A stretch of 63,280 nucleotides of DNA, filler included, from Sphacelaria rigidula (taxonomy: Eukaryota), in assembly GCA_964200075.2 (NCBI GenBank). It is 2 parts of 2 records of this genome, joined end to end, with 100 filler letters (N's around TTAATTAATTAA, not from the genome) between each part and the next. Parts side by side here need not be neighbours in the genome. Positions count along the whole stretch, not along the records: positions 1 to 31,651 come from CAXNAA020000047.1; 1 more part is not named here. One strand, given 5' to 3'. Below are positions 1 through 11,966 of this stretch, one piece after another. A model generated the notes under the pieces. It was not told where the DNA came from, did not search any database, and saw only the letters and a program-made list of their open reading frames with translations. How positions within the stretch are numbered: the first letter of the stretch is position 1; each line of letters begins with the position of its first letter. The translations under genes and the position numbers were made by a program.

Positions 1-74
1 CATACATACATACATACATACATACATACATACATACATACATACATACATACATACATACATACATACATACA
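1..74. repeat. (CATA)n microsatellite
   Basis: Perfect tetranucleotide run. Confidence 0.98.
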
Positions 75-754
75 TTACTATTTTTTCACAACGCAATGGC
101 ATCCGGCGAAGAAGTATGAATGAAATACCCCGCCCTTTCGTTCAATCCACCACCTTCTTCATCGATATGCTGACCCTTTTCACATTTTTGCAGCAATGTA
201 GAAACCGATGACATGAGCCCCATGCGTGAAAACCGGTAGTACGAAGTAGCTGGCCATGGACGAAAAAGTGGCAACTGCGCTGCGATAGCGCCATATACGT
301 ACCTAAGTCAAGTATGTAGTCTAGATCATGACAAAGTGAAATTGTACAGACACCACAGGACGCGGGGTCTCATTTACGCACAATGTGCTGCTTCATTCAA
401 GGAACAAAAAAAAAAACGTGAGCACACAAAGAGTGCGATAGCCTCGTTGAACCACGACTGGTACGAGCTGTTAGCCTGACGTCCATGTCCATTCATTCTG
501 GAGTGTGTATGTATCCTGCTCCTTTATTCTTCATCTTGTCTTTTCTTCTCTAGGTTCTTCTAGCTACCGAGTGTCTCGGTTATGCTTACCATGGGCACCG
601 TGCATACATCTAATCACACCACGGCTGGAATTGCGAAGGATCAGTAAACGTACGACAAGTCAATAAATCGATAAATTGATGAGTAAAGCATGCAACCGAA
701 TGAAACAGTAACCGCCTGTCCCCCCCTGGCCCCATGGCAATACCCTTCCACAAC

Positions 755-3700
755 CTTCAAGAAGTGGGTGAGTTTCGAGTTACGATAAGGCACCGGGGCC
801 ACATTTTCCCCGCCCGCTGCCGGCGGAGTGGCTGCTCCTGCTGATGACCGTCTTGCGATAATCGTAGCGTTGCGCGAGAGACACGCCAGGACGTCGCCGA
901 GGCTGGATAGCGACAGGTTGATGTTTTGCGTTTCGTTGAGGCGTTTTCCTTTTGACCCTGAGAGCGACAAACGCTCGCTTTTTTTTCCGCGCGCGCGTGT
1001 GTGTGTGTGTGTTTGAGAAATCAGGAATAACAGACGGACGGACGGATGGGTTCGACGAAGGGGACGGAGCAGAGTATCATGCATACATTCGAATAAGTAA
1101 ACAAGCATATATTAGTACATGTGAAATCAGTATTCGTTTCGTCGGTGGAGGGATAGCTAGCATCCACACCCCGACTAAAATGGGCTTGATTTTTCAGCAA
1201 GGTGCCCAGCAATGCCCTCCTTCGATGTGTCCTTTCAAGTTAATCGCCACGATTAGTTCAAACGTATGCGATTCCCCCGCTCTATTCCCGTTCGTCAACC
1301 ATTGCCCGCCCGTGGCTGCGTACTCTCTTTTCCGCTCTGTCTCCAAAAAGCTCCCAAGCCCTCGTGATGATAGGCAAAACAAACTTCGAAGTAATCACTT
1401 ACTTACATCGTGTTCTTGAACCTTATCTCGCACCATGTATGTGATGGTCCTTACGGAGAATGTGCTTCAAAACAATCCACGTTTTTGATTCGCTTTCACG
1501 TACACATCCCCGACACGTATCTTCCGAAACAGCAAAACGTCAAATACATCGTGAACAAAATTGGAGGGACAAGAGAATCCACGGGCGTAGCTGTGGCGAC
1601 CTAACAGTACACATGAATATGTGTATATTCACCGGTAGGGTATTATTTTCACACGTCGAACAGCTCATGAGCTACATGAATATTAATATTACTTCATATT
1701 AATGTGCTGATCCGGATCACGAGCTAGCTCATGTATCCCTTTTTTCTCATATTTGCCCCCTACAGCGCTGGACGCCGAGCACGGGGAATAGCGTAAAGGT
1801 AGTGCGTTGGCTTCTCGGACCCTACTGTCACGTAGTTTGTGTTTTTAGATAAGGGATCCGAGATTCCCCTTCGATTAGTTATTTTTGGGTAGCTCATGAG
1901 CTGTTCGACGTGTGATTATTTTACAAGCTACCTAACTCCACGGTATCACCCTACCGCCCTTCTACTCATATGTAGAAAAGCTGATGTACCCCCATGTTTT
2001 TAGTCATCTCATTTCATGCGAGGCCAATCGAAGCAGTTCGATGATAATACAAGATCAAACCTTCCAAGGGTGTGTTGGGCAGGGTATTTTCTTACATTCG
2101 GGTATTTCGAAGAATCGTACTTCAAGATCCCGAAATTTGGGTAAAGTATTGAGATCGTACTCAACAAAATCGAGGTATTGGGTAGAGTAATGCGATCGTA
2201 CCGAATCCACCCATATTGGGGGGGAGTTTTGGAGATCGGACCATCGCAACACAAAACTTGGGAGGGTAAGTAAATACCCGGGTATTCATCGTACCCAACA
2301 CACCCTTGAAACCTTCCATATAATACCTGCCGGCTAGGTCAACAAGGTGCAGCTTTCCTAACCGTACACCACCGCTAGCCTTGCCAGCTGTCCCTTTTCC
2401 GTGCTCGCCGACGCCGCTGGCACCGCTGCCTGACGAAGAACCTTGATCAGCCCGCTGACTTTCCACGTGAAAGGAGAGGATAGAATGACTTCGGGATGAG
2501 TGCTCGTTGCAGTCAGTAGCCGCTGTGGCGCGGACAGCGTCCCCCTTAGACACCAGCCGCAACGCCTCCGCCGGAGATGTGACGGCCTGCCGGAGACCCG
2601 GTCCGCTTAGGAATACTCCAGCCTGTTCGTGTTTATGTGCGTCGGAGGTTTTTTGCTTTGTTTTGTTGTGTTTTGTAAAGGTATCACTGAGGCGTACGGA
2701 TTCATTGGTAGTAGCACACGTGCCTTGAGTATGGGCGGGTGGTGACAATGATTATGAAACCCTCTAGAGTGTGACACGCACTTTGGAGTACGACACGCAC
2801 TATAGAGTACGGCACGCACTAGAGCACGACACGCTCTAGAGTATGACACGCTTTAGAGCATTTCACGCACTAGAGTATGTATGTTGCTGTCCCATCTAGA
2901 GGATATGTTGCCATCCCATCGAGAGTATGACACGCACTGGAGCATGGCACGCACTGGAGCATGACACGCACATGCACCCTGGGGTGTGACGCGCACTAGA
3001 ATACCACACGATGGAAAATGACACACGCATACCTCGGGGCACTCTCGAACTTCAATTCTCCCGGTTCTGGCCGCCACAGCGGTTCTATTGCTTCCCTTGC
3101 TGCTGCTCGCCGCCAGCGACGCCAGGCTGCCGTCGTATGACCGCGATGCAAGGTCAGTCCCACTCCCTACTCCTCCTTGGCCATGGGACGTGGACATGGA
3201 CATGGACATGCTTGATGAGCCCATGGCAGTAGTGGCTGTGCCGCTCATGGATCGCCAAGAGGATCGCAGAGAAGCAGCCCCATGCTGTTTTTTCATCAAG
3301 AAAAAGAAATATATATGCGCAGTATATATATGTATATATGTATAGGTACACGTCGTATGTGTATGTAGTATACGAGGAGGGAATGAACACTGAATGAGAA
3401 AACCCAGGTATCGCAGGGAAGCGCCCCAAGCAGGCCTGTACTGTTTTTTTCTCACGAGAACGAATACGAAAACAAAGCGGTTCACTGCGGTGGTCACCAA
3501 TAGGTAATACCGAGTGTCATTCGAACCATGTCTCCTTACAGTACTTGATTGTGTTTTCTTCGTTTTGGGCAAAAATCTATCTGTCCCTGTCGTCAACCTA
3601 TCGTCAACCTGCCGTCTATGCGTTCGGCTTCGAGCCATCGCTGGTTGTATTGACTCCAACATGCGGCGACAAAACCGGCGGCTTTTGTACTTTTTCGGTG

Positions 3701-5008
3701 GAGAGTCCGACCCTTTCATGAAAAATATCGAGACTTACTTTTGCTCATTGTCAGCATGTTCTACGTGTGTTCGTGTGTCTGTACGCTGGTTTTTCGCTAT
3801 ACGTTTGTCCCATGGGTGTCACTGATTACAGACAAACCAACAGTTTTGTGTCCATCAACGGTAAAATTTCATTCCTTGACTCTTGAGCGACTAAGTTTCA
3901 TTTCACATACTGGTCCATGTTGAGTCGGTGTAGACTTCTCTCTCGGTCTATTTGCACCTGAACCTTGATCAATCTAGAACGCACGTCACTACTAAGGGAG
4001 ATATCGATCGGTCTTATTGTTGTAGTGACAACCGTACTATACACATGAACAAGTATGCAGGTCAGCACGTGTTCATCAGAGGGATCGGTCGAACAAGTAC
4101 TGGACATGCTGCACTACTGTCTCCATATTTTCGTCACACTCTGAATAACACCCCCTCCCCTTCTCCGGGACGACACCATGGTTTCACGGAATCAATCCGT
4201 CTCTGCTCCGGTGTACGTCTTGCATCTTGAACTCCCAGATTGAGTTAGCACTCCTCTACCCGCGTCAACTCTCATCATACAAACTCAGTCAAACTCTTTT
4301 TGTATGCTCACGTACGTCCTCACGCTTTCCACGCCTAAAATCAGACACTACTGCCAGTAGCTGTGAGAAAAGAGGCAAACTAGACGCATCTGGCGGAAAT
4401 TAAACCCGCGTTCTCTCCACTCTAACGGTGTCAGTTGGATCATTTTAATTTAGGCCACCGGGGCATGGCGGTGACTATTGTTGAGGCATGCAGGGATGGA
4501 GATTGTCTCATGCACACCACCGAAACCACCATTGCTTGAAGAAAGGTAATGTGCAAATACATTCTCGGTAAGCCGCCGAATGAGCAGGAGCTGCACTCTA
4601 CTTGACAATGCTGGTACTAAAAGAGCTCGGAAATAGTTTGTCTAGCCATCAACCAGTTGAATGGTAAATAATGGTTTGGCCATCGAGCGGCGCAGCCGCA
4701 AGGCAAAAAGCCCCCCCGGTAGAGGGAGCCCCGCCGGAGGCACGTTTTGACGCGATTTGGCCTCACTAGAGCTGAAAAATACGTTACATTTGGGGCAATT
4801 TTCAAGGTAAATAATGATTTGAAACCACTATCCAAAATTTTCATGTACTGTACCCATCACCATCATTACCATTATTACTATTATAATGATAATGGTCACT
4901 TATAACTAGTACCATTTCCTAGTTCTAGGTACCACGCTAGTCTCAGGCAGAGATTCAACGGTGTCACTAAGAATTCACGCATACATGTATCATTGTTATC
5001 ACTGTTAT

Positions 5009-5039
<31 letters not shown>

Positions 5040-7411
5040 TCTACATTTATGATTATTATGATCTTGATTATGAATATGCTTATGATTATAGTTCATCATA
5101 TTGCTATCATAATTTCTCTATGTTTATTAACATCATTATTATTTTCAGAACATCATCATTATTTTCATCATTATCGTTGTGAAAATAATAATTACCATTA
5201 TCTCTGCGCACTAGCCCGATCTCTCGAATCCGCGGCGTGTATATGTGTGTATTAAGACAAAAATAAAAATAAAATGAATATCAAAATCGTAGCACCAAGA
5301 CAAGAATATATTCAAGACCTCAAGAACAAAATAACGAGGAGGAACATCGTACTAATACCCACTCACAAACTTCAACAGTGCAACAGCAGAATGCTGCGTC
5401 CAACACCTTTGTTTTCAGTACTTACTGATGAGCTAGTGACCGCGGGGAGCAAACATCAGTCCGTTCGCACCACATAGAGGGAAAGAACACAGAAGGTGTA
5501 CGCGGATCAAGCGATTCGATGAACACCGTCGACGGGCTGCTAGACTACTCAATCAAATGCCCGAACATAATAAAAGTGCAAGGCAAATTCGAAGGCGGGG
5601 AACGTATATGTCGATCCCCTGACACCACCGAGTCGTTCGAATAACGAGGGCGGGAGGTCCGATTTAGCAAGAGCAAGATCAACGAATTTCATAGCACCTC
5701 GCCCGCAGAGTCTGCCCCCGTCCAGCCTCCACGTCCTCCCGCACTGCTGCTGCCAAACCCCACGGCGCCGCTCGAGCCGCGATCCTCCGCATGATGAGCA
5801 CCGTTCTCCAGAAGGTTCCGAAACTGGTTGTTGTACAGCTCCACGTAGCTCATGCGCACGATAAATATGGTGTCCGGCTCGCGGGCTGTTGCCGTTTCCG
5901 GTTTACGGGGAGGGGTACGGGGAAGAGGATAGCGTCGGGGGGAAAAGACCCTATGGCAGTAAATATGAGCAAGGGAATGTTTGGCGGTGTTGCAAATTTG
6001 CTGGGGTTCGCTCCAGGAAGCTTCTTACGCGTTCCTTCGTGCGTGTTGTCATGCGTTTATCTTGATTCTAGATAGGACGCTAGGAATTTCGGTTCGGGCG
6101 CCCTGGAAGGGTAGAACCCTACATATTGTACTGCCAACGACAAACAGTGCGATAAATCGAGAGAGAAGATGGGAAAGGGTTGGCCGTGGGAGCTACTGGT
6201 GTGAACTAACTGTACACTTGCAACCATTTTTGTCGGGTTTTTGTTTTTTGGTCTGAAAAATGGACGTTTCTTCGGCATTCTGTTCCTAGGGGGGCGGGAG
6301 GCGTTCTTACCGGACATGCGCCGTATCATGTTGAACATCTCTTGCACGGCGCGCGGGGTCATGCCGGGCTGTGTTGGCGTCCCCATCATTGTGTGCGTCT
6401 TGCCTGACCCCGTGTGTCCATAGGCAAAAATCGTAGAGTTGTATCTTTCATATCACCACGTCATCGAAACATATCCGGGGGGGGGAAGGGCAGGGGTGTA
6501 CAGGTGGGGCAAGGCGGGGGGAGAAAGGAGCGATGAGCCAAGCTTTCTCTGCACCGTAAACCAAGCACAATCAACAGCAACAATATATTCCGCCAAGAGC
6601 TCGACGAATACCTGTAAACACAGCGACGTTGCACACTCCCCGTGCCAGAGGTTTGTACCGAAGCACCCGCCCTTTGCTATTGAAACCCATTGCAACCGTT
6701 AAAGCCAGTTTGCGAACGCGACGTTTTTCGACGGCGACGGTGCTCGTGACACTCGCAGAGAGAGGGCGAGCAAGCTGTTACCATTGGAAAGACAGAGTCG
6801 AGATGTATCCGCCATTAGATAGATCTGCTTCAGCAGCGCAGGCAAGTTACTGCGCCGGGCGAAAAATCGACTCCGAAACATAATACCAAGGTATGCAAGC
6901 AACGGAGGACGCTCTGGCAACTGGCATGCACACGGCTCTACATACAGCCGGAGGTGTTACAGTACAACCGTGCTCCATTGAGCTCCTTCTCTCACCCGTC
7001 GATGGCGGATATCACGAGGGGCCGGGCGAAGTCGTACACCGCGGCCTGCGTCGCTTCAGGGTCGAAAACCCTGTCGAATGCAAACGTCTGTTCCAAAGGG
7101 CGACAGGATACGGGCATGGATATATGCACGGCGAAGCTTTGAGACACTACTCTGGAACCCTCCGTAGTTACGCTTCAGTCGATGCCCCAGTCACCCTGGG
7201 ATACTCAGCGTTGTTCCTTTTTTGCGTCGATACCCCGTATGGCATAGTAGTGACGGTACTGGAAAAGCACGCCTACGTCTGTCACCATGGGTTCGAGAGA
7301 TCGGGCTAATGTACGGAGATGATCATAATCATAATCATAATCATAACAGCAACAGAGACAATAACGATAAGGATAACGATGAGGGTAACGATAACGAAAA
7401 CAAGAAACAAA

Positions 7412-7443
<32 letters not shown>

Positions 7444-10400
7444 TGTGAAACAAGCTTCGCTCGGGGTGAGGCAGTAGAACGTTGTCGTGCCCGGCTGCCG
7501 AAGGATCTCCAAAGCGAGGTGTGATTTTCTCTTTGACGTTCAGGCAAGGATGCGGCCGTGACCAAGGGTAGGCTAGAAGAACGAGTGAACGGGTCGGTAC
7601 GGCTGTACTGGTCCCCTTCAACCGGGGTTCATGCGGTGACTCTTTTTGTTTTGGGCTCTTTATACCGCAGACCCTGTTGCCTAGGCTGCTCACGATCCCG
7701 TTTCACAGGTTTGAACGTTTCGAGTCCGCTCGTGTGTGTCACTGGCGGACTCAGTTCCTGGGACTGTTTCTCCAGCTTACATGTGCATTTGGATGTTCAT
7801 TACGCTCACATATGTGGTCTCTACATCACCCCCCCTTCTGACGCGCCTCAAGCCTCTCTATTCGAGGGACTGAGGCGATCATTCATGGAAAGAATGATAT
7901 CAACGTGGATTCCTCATTGTATGTGTGTTATGATACCATTGTACTGGCCTGTGTGTGACCGTGTCATATCCTCTATACTGGCGTGTAGAGTAAACACAAG
8001 ACGATAAATTTTATATACATCCAGGTTCATGTAATGAGCATACTTGTGTCGGCGGTTGGTGATTTGGTCACCTGATCGCGGCATCTGTGAGATCTGTGTG
8101 ATCAGTACAGATTCTGACGCCCCATAGATGCTGATTCATGGCGATTCAGTGTAAAACCTCGTGTTTTCACATGGGAATGGGTTGTAGTCTCGCGTTTTGC
8201 TTGGACTCTGAACCCATGGTGATTACCGCATGATATGGTAATACTTGCGTCTGGGGAAGACAAATATCGAGAAAAAAATAAAACGGTGACTGTTATTTGT
8301 GTGTCTGGAGTGGTATACTCCAAAATAACAACAATTCCACGGCTATCCTCGCCAGCAATACCCCTATTTTGCTGGTAAGAGCTCAGACCTTTGGGTCGAG
8401 TCTCGCTTCACCGCTGATGTCCTTGCGGTCGCGGTGACCATGGCATCGATTCTCTCTTGTCTAGATTTTATACCGAACGCATCTGCATGCAGCGGGAAAT
8501 TTCCCTGCAAGTGCACGTTTCCGGGCATAGTTTTTTTGGGAAACTTGGTTTCCACATGAACAGCTTCACTGACCCGTTTTTTTTCCTCGTGGTACGAAAC
8601 GGCGGGTCTGGTGGAGGCGCGCTATCCAGTCTGTGCTTGATTCTGTACGCGTCTATGAGATGCTGACATTGGGGTGCCTCGTCCGCTTGATACTCCAGGT
8701 CAGCCGACGGGCCGTAACCTTTGAGTCTGAGGCAGTATTCATAGTTGAGGTCGCGTTTCCGCCCTGGACCTCGTTCATGACCCACTATTTTGTCAACGGT
8801 GTAGCATTAAATTGTTGATTGTGCTGCGTCTGGGCGGTCTACCTCTGAAAGAGACAGTCTTTTTCCTACGAAAAAGTCGGCAAGGCGATCAGAATCGGGT
8901 GCCGGTGCTTTCTCCTGTGCGTATTGTACTTTCGAGTGAGCCAAGTGTACGGAGTCGCCCAACTTCACTTTGTATACTGTGGCGAAAATTTGGAACAGAT
9001 AGTGTGAGGACCTCGCCAAGGTGACAGCACTTTTGGATTTGGGCCGTCTGCATCTTGTCATGGTTTGTATAGTGATACTTTTTGTACCGGTTCGAATGTG
9101 GGAAAAGACTTGAGTTTTGTCATTGCTTGCTTTCTGCTTGTCTGCGCCTTCTTGCAGATTACGTCTTGCGAGTTCGAAAGCCAGCTGTAAATTGTCTCTC
9201 TGCTGTTTCGTGTACTCTTCGACATCTGTTGCATGTCCCTCATCTGGGATGCCTAGAATTATATCAACTGGCAACTTTGGTTGCCTTCGGAACAATAAGA
9301 AGTACGGGGTTTCTTGCACCGCTGTGTTGAATGAGGTGTTGTACACCAATTGAACATACGGCAACATTGTCGCCCAGTCGCCTTGCTTGACTGAACTGTG
9401 CATTGCCAGCATCGTGTATCACGTTGAGTGTACCCACTCTGAAACTGGGTTGCCTTGCAGTCTGAACGGAGTCGTGCGGGTTTTCTCGAATTGCAGCAGA
9501 GTCTGTAGCTGGTAAATCACTTGGTTCTCACATTCTCTGCCTTGACCAGAGTGCAACTTTTCCGGAATGCCGAGTGTTGATAAAAATCTATCGGCGAGCA
9601 TTTGTGCTACGGTAACGGCTGATTTGTTTGGGATCGGGATTAAAAAGTGCATGACATGTCAAGTGATTCATCACGGACATGACGTATTTGCATGGCACTC
9701 CAGCTGAAGAGTTCGAAATCGTCTTATACTCGACCAAGTCTCTCGATACACGTTGAAACGGTCTTTCTACAGGTATATGGCCTGTAAGGAGTTTTGGACG
9801 ATTGCGGGCTGTTTTCCGATGTTGGCAGACCTGGCAGTCTCTACACCAATTTCATACGTCTCGGCTTTTTGACGGCCACCATTACTTCGCTCTGACTTTT
9901 CCGTGAGTCGGTTTGAAACTGAGGTGGTCTCCCGATAATGCGTGATCGTGATACGAGTGTAGTACGAACCTTATTAGGGCTTTGGGTAATACTACTTGAT
10001 CACGAAAAGTGCTTCTTTCCCGGAGATGCCATGTAACACCAAGTTCGAGCCTAGGTCTGATTGTTTGAGGGTCAATCGCGATGTGTGCTCGTTATATAGT
10101 AGTTCCCTTCTATTCGAGTCGGCGAGTAGCCGGGTGTCGTTGGGGGCGTCTGTTCGGGAGTTGAACAAATTGTCCCTGTCCAGTCGGATCTCAGCATTTG
10201 GGCACGCGTTACTGTGAGTAGCATTCCTGGAGATTACCCGTTGAGGGCTGTTCCTCCATATCTGCAAGAGGTACATTGGTGTCTATGGTCTCCTTACTTG
10301 GACTAGCTTGTGGTGTGCTGTTCACTGCACTGCCACCTCGCTGGTCGCATGTTTAACCAGGCATTACCTCATTACTCAATCGACTATTCGTGCTATTTTG

Positions 10401-11918
10401 CGTCACTCGTGCGACCTGCGCGGAGCGTGTCTTCTGGAGGTGGGATCATTCCCGACGCCGAAAGGGCCCACGCCGGGGGAACAGACCCCTCCTGCGCGTA
10501 CATTTATAGGACGTTGAGGGCTACCCGCAAGCCTGCTGCTTTGGCCTCTTCAATGTTAGACGCAGTCGAGTGGAAGGTGTCATCCTCTTGGTCGGATTCG
10601 CTGTCTACATCGCTGTCGCCGCTTGTGTCCAAGTGGTGGAACCTACTCCCTTCGTTGGCACTGTCTATACTACCATCACCCCAGCTCGTACTGCCTCTTT
10701 GCTTTTCTTCCGCATCGGGTTGCTGCTTTGGTTTCTTCCCGCTTTCCTTCGACCTAGATCTTTTTTTTCTGTCACGGGGTGGCCCATGTCTCGGGGCTAG
10801 TGTCCCCCGTTGCGTCTGCCATGATCGACTCCGCGGGGTCGGCGTTCGAGACTTCCTCGCCTGCCTTGGTGTCGGCTTTAGCGGGTGCCGACGTGACCGC
10901 TGCAGGCGTAGCATTGCTGGAGTTCTTGGTTGGCAAGTTGTCTACAAACTGCTCTTCTGCAAACTTGCACTATATTGTTAATTGCGCGTGTCTAGATGTT
11001 GTACACGCGTGGGTTCAAATCACTTCGTCGTCGCCCACTGTAAAGGTACGCGCAGGAGGGGTCTGTTCCCCCGGCGTGGGCCCTTTCGGCGTCGGGAATG
11101 ATCCCACCTCCAGAAGACGCGCTCCGCGCAGGTCGCACAGGTGACGCAAAATAGCACGAATAGTCGATTGAGTAATGAGGTAATGCCTGGTTCAACGTGC
11201 GACCAGCGAGGTGGCAGTGCAGTGAACAGCACACCACAAGCTAGTCCAAGTAAGGAGACCATAGATACTAATGTACCTCTTGCAGATATGGAGGAACAGC
11301 CCTCAACGGGTAATCTCCAGGAATGCTACTCACAGTAACGCGTGCCCAAATGCTGAGATCCGACTGGACAGGGACAATTTGTTCAACTCCCGAACAGACG
11401 CCCCCAACGACACCCGGCTACTCGCCGACTCGAATAGAAGGGAAATATATAACGAGCACACATCGCGATTGACCCTCGAACAATCAGACCTAGGCTCGAA
11501 CTCGGCGTTACATGGACTAGTGGAAGAGGGCACACCAACTACCATGCGCGAGTAGAGGTCGAGAGTTAAAATTAACTCTCACGACCAGTGTAGTTCAGAG
11601 GTAATCGACCATAGGTGCATCAAACATCTACAGCTACTATAATACTCCGCGGTACAGCCCTTGACGCGTACTCAGATCTAGCAACTGGCACACTGGAATG
11701 GCGCACTGAAGCACAGTTCGAGCAGCTTCGAATGCAAGGCAAAGCGGTACAGAATCGACCCCCAACATTTTGGAACGAGTGGGCGGACGCGTACGCCAAT
11801 CCGTACTCGCCCCCGAACCGCATTGCCATTCTAGCAAGAGTCATAGCGGGACTGAAGTGCATAGAAGGTCAAACTATAGGCGCATATGCACTTGAGGTAG
11901 CCAAAGCACACTCATCAT

Positions 11919-11966
<48 letters not shown>

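Noticed and set aside
2762-3010. CRISPR-like array (also considered for 17236-18112 and 23952-24135)
   Set aside because: Degenerate tandem units without regular unique spacers, no cas genes, eukaryotic intron context.
4860-5255. Poly-N/C/I/V ORFs here and at 7205-7693, 11874-12280, 14526-14738 and 15619-16308
   Set aside because: Translations of microsatellites and low-complexity intron sequence.
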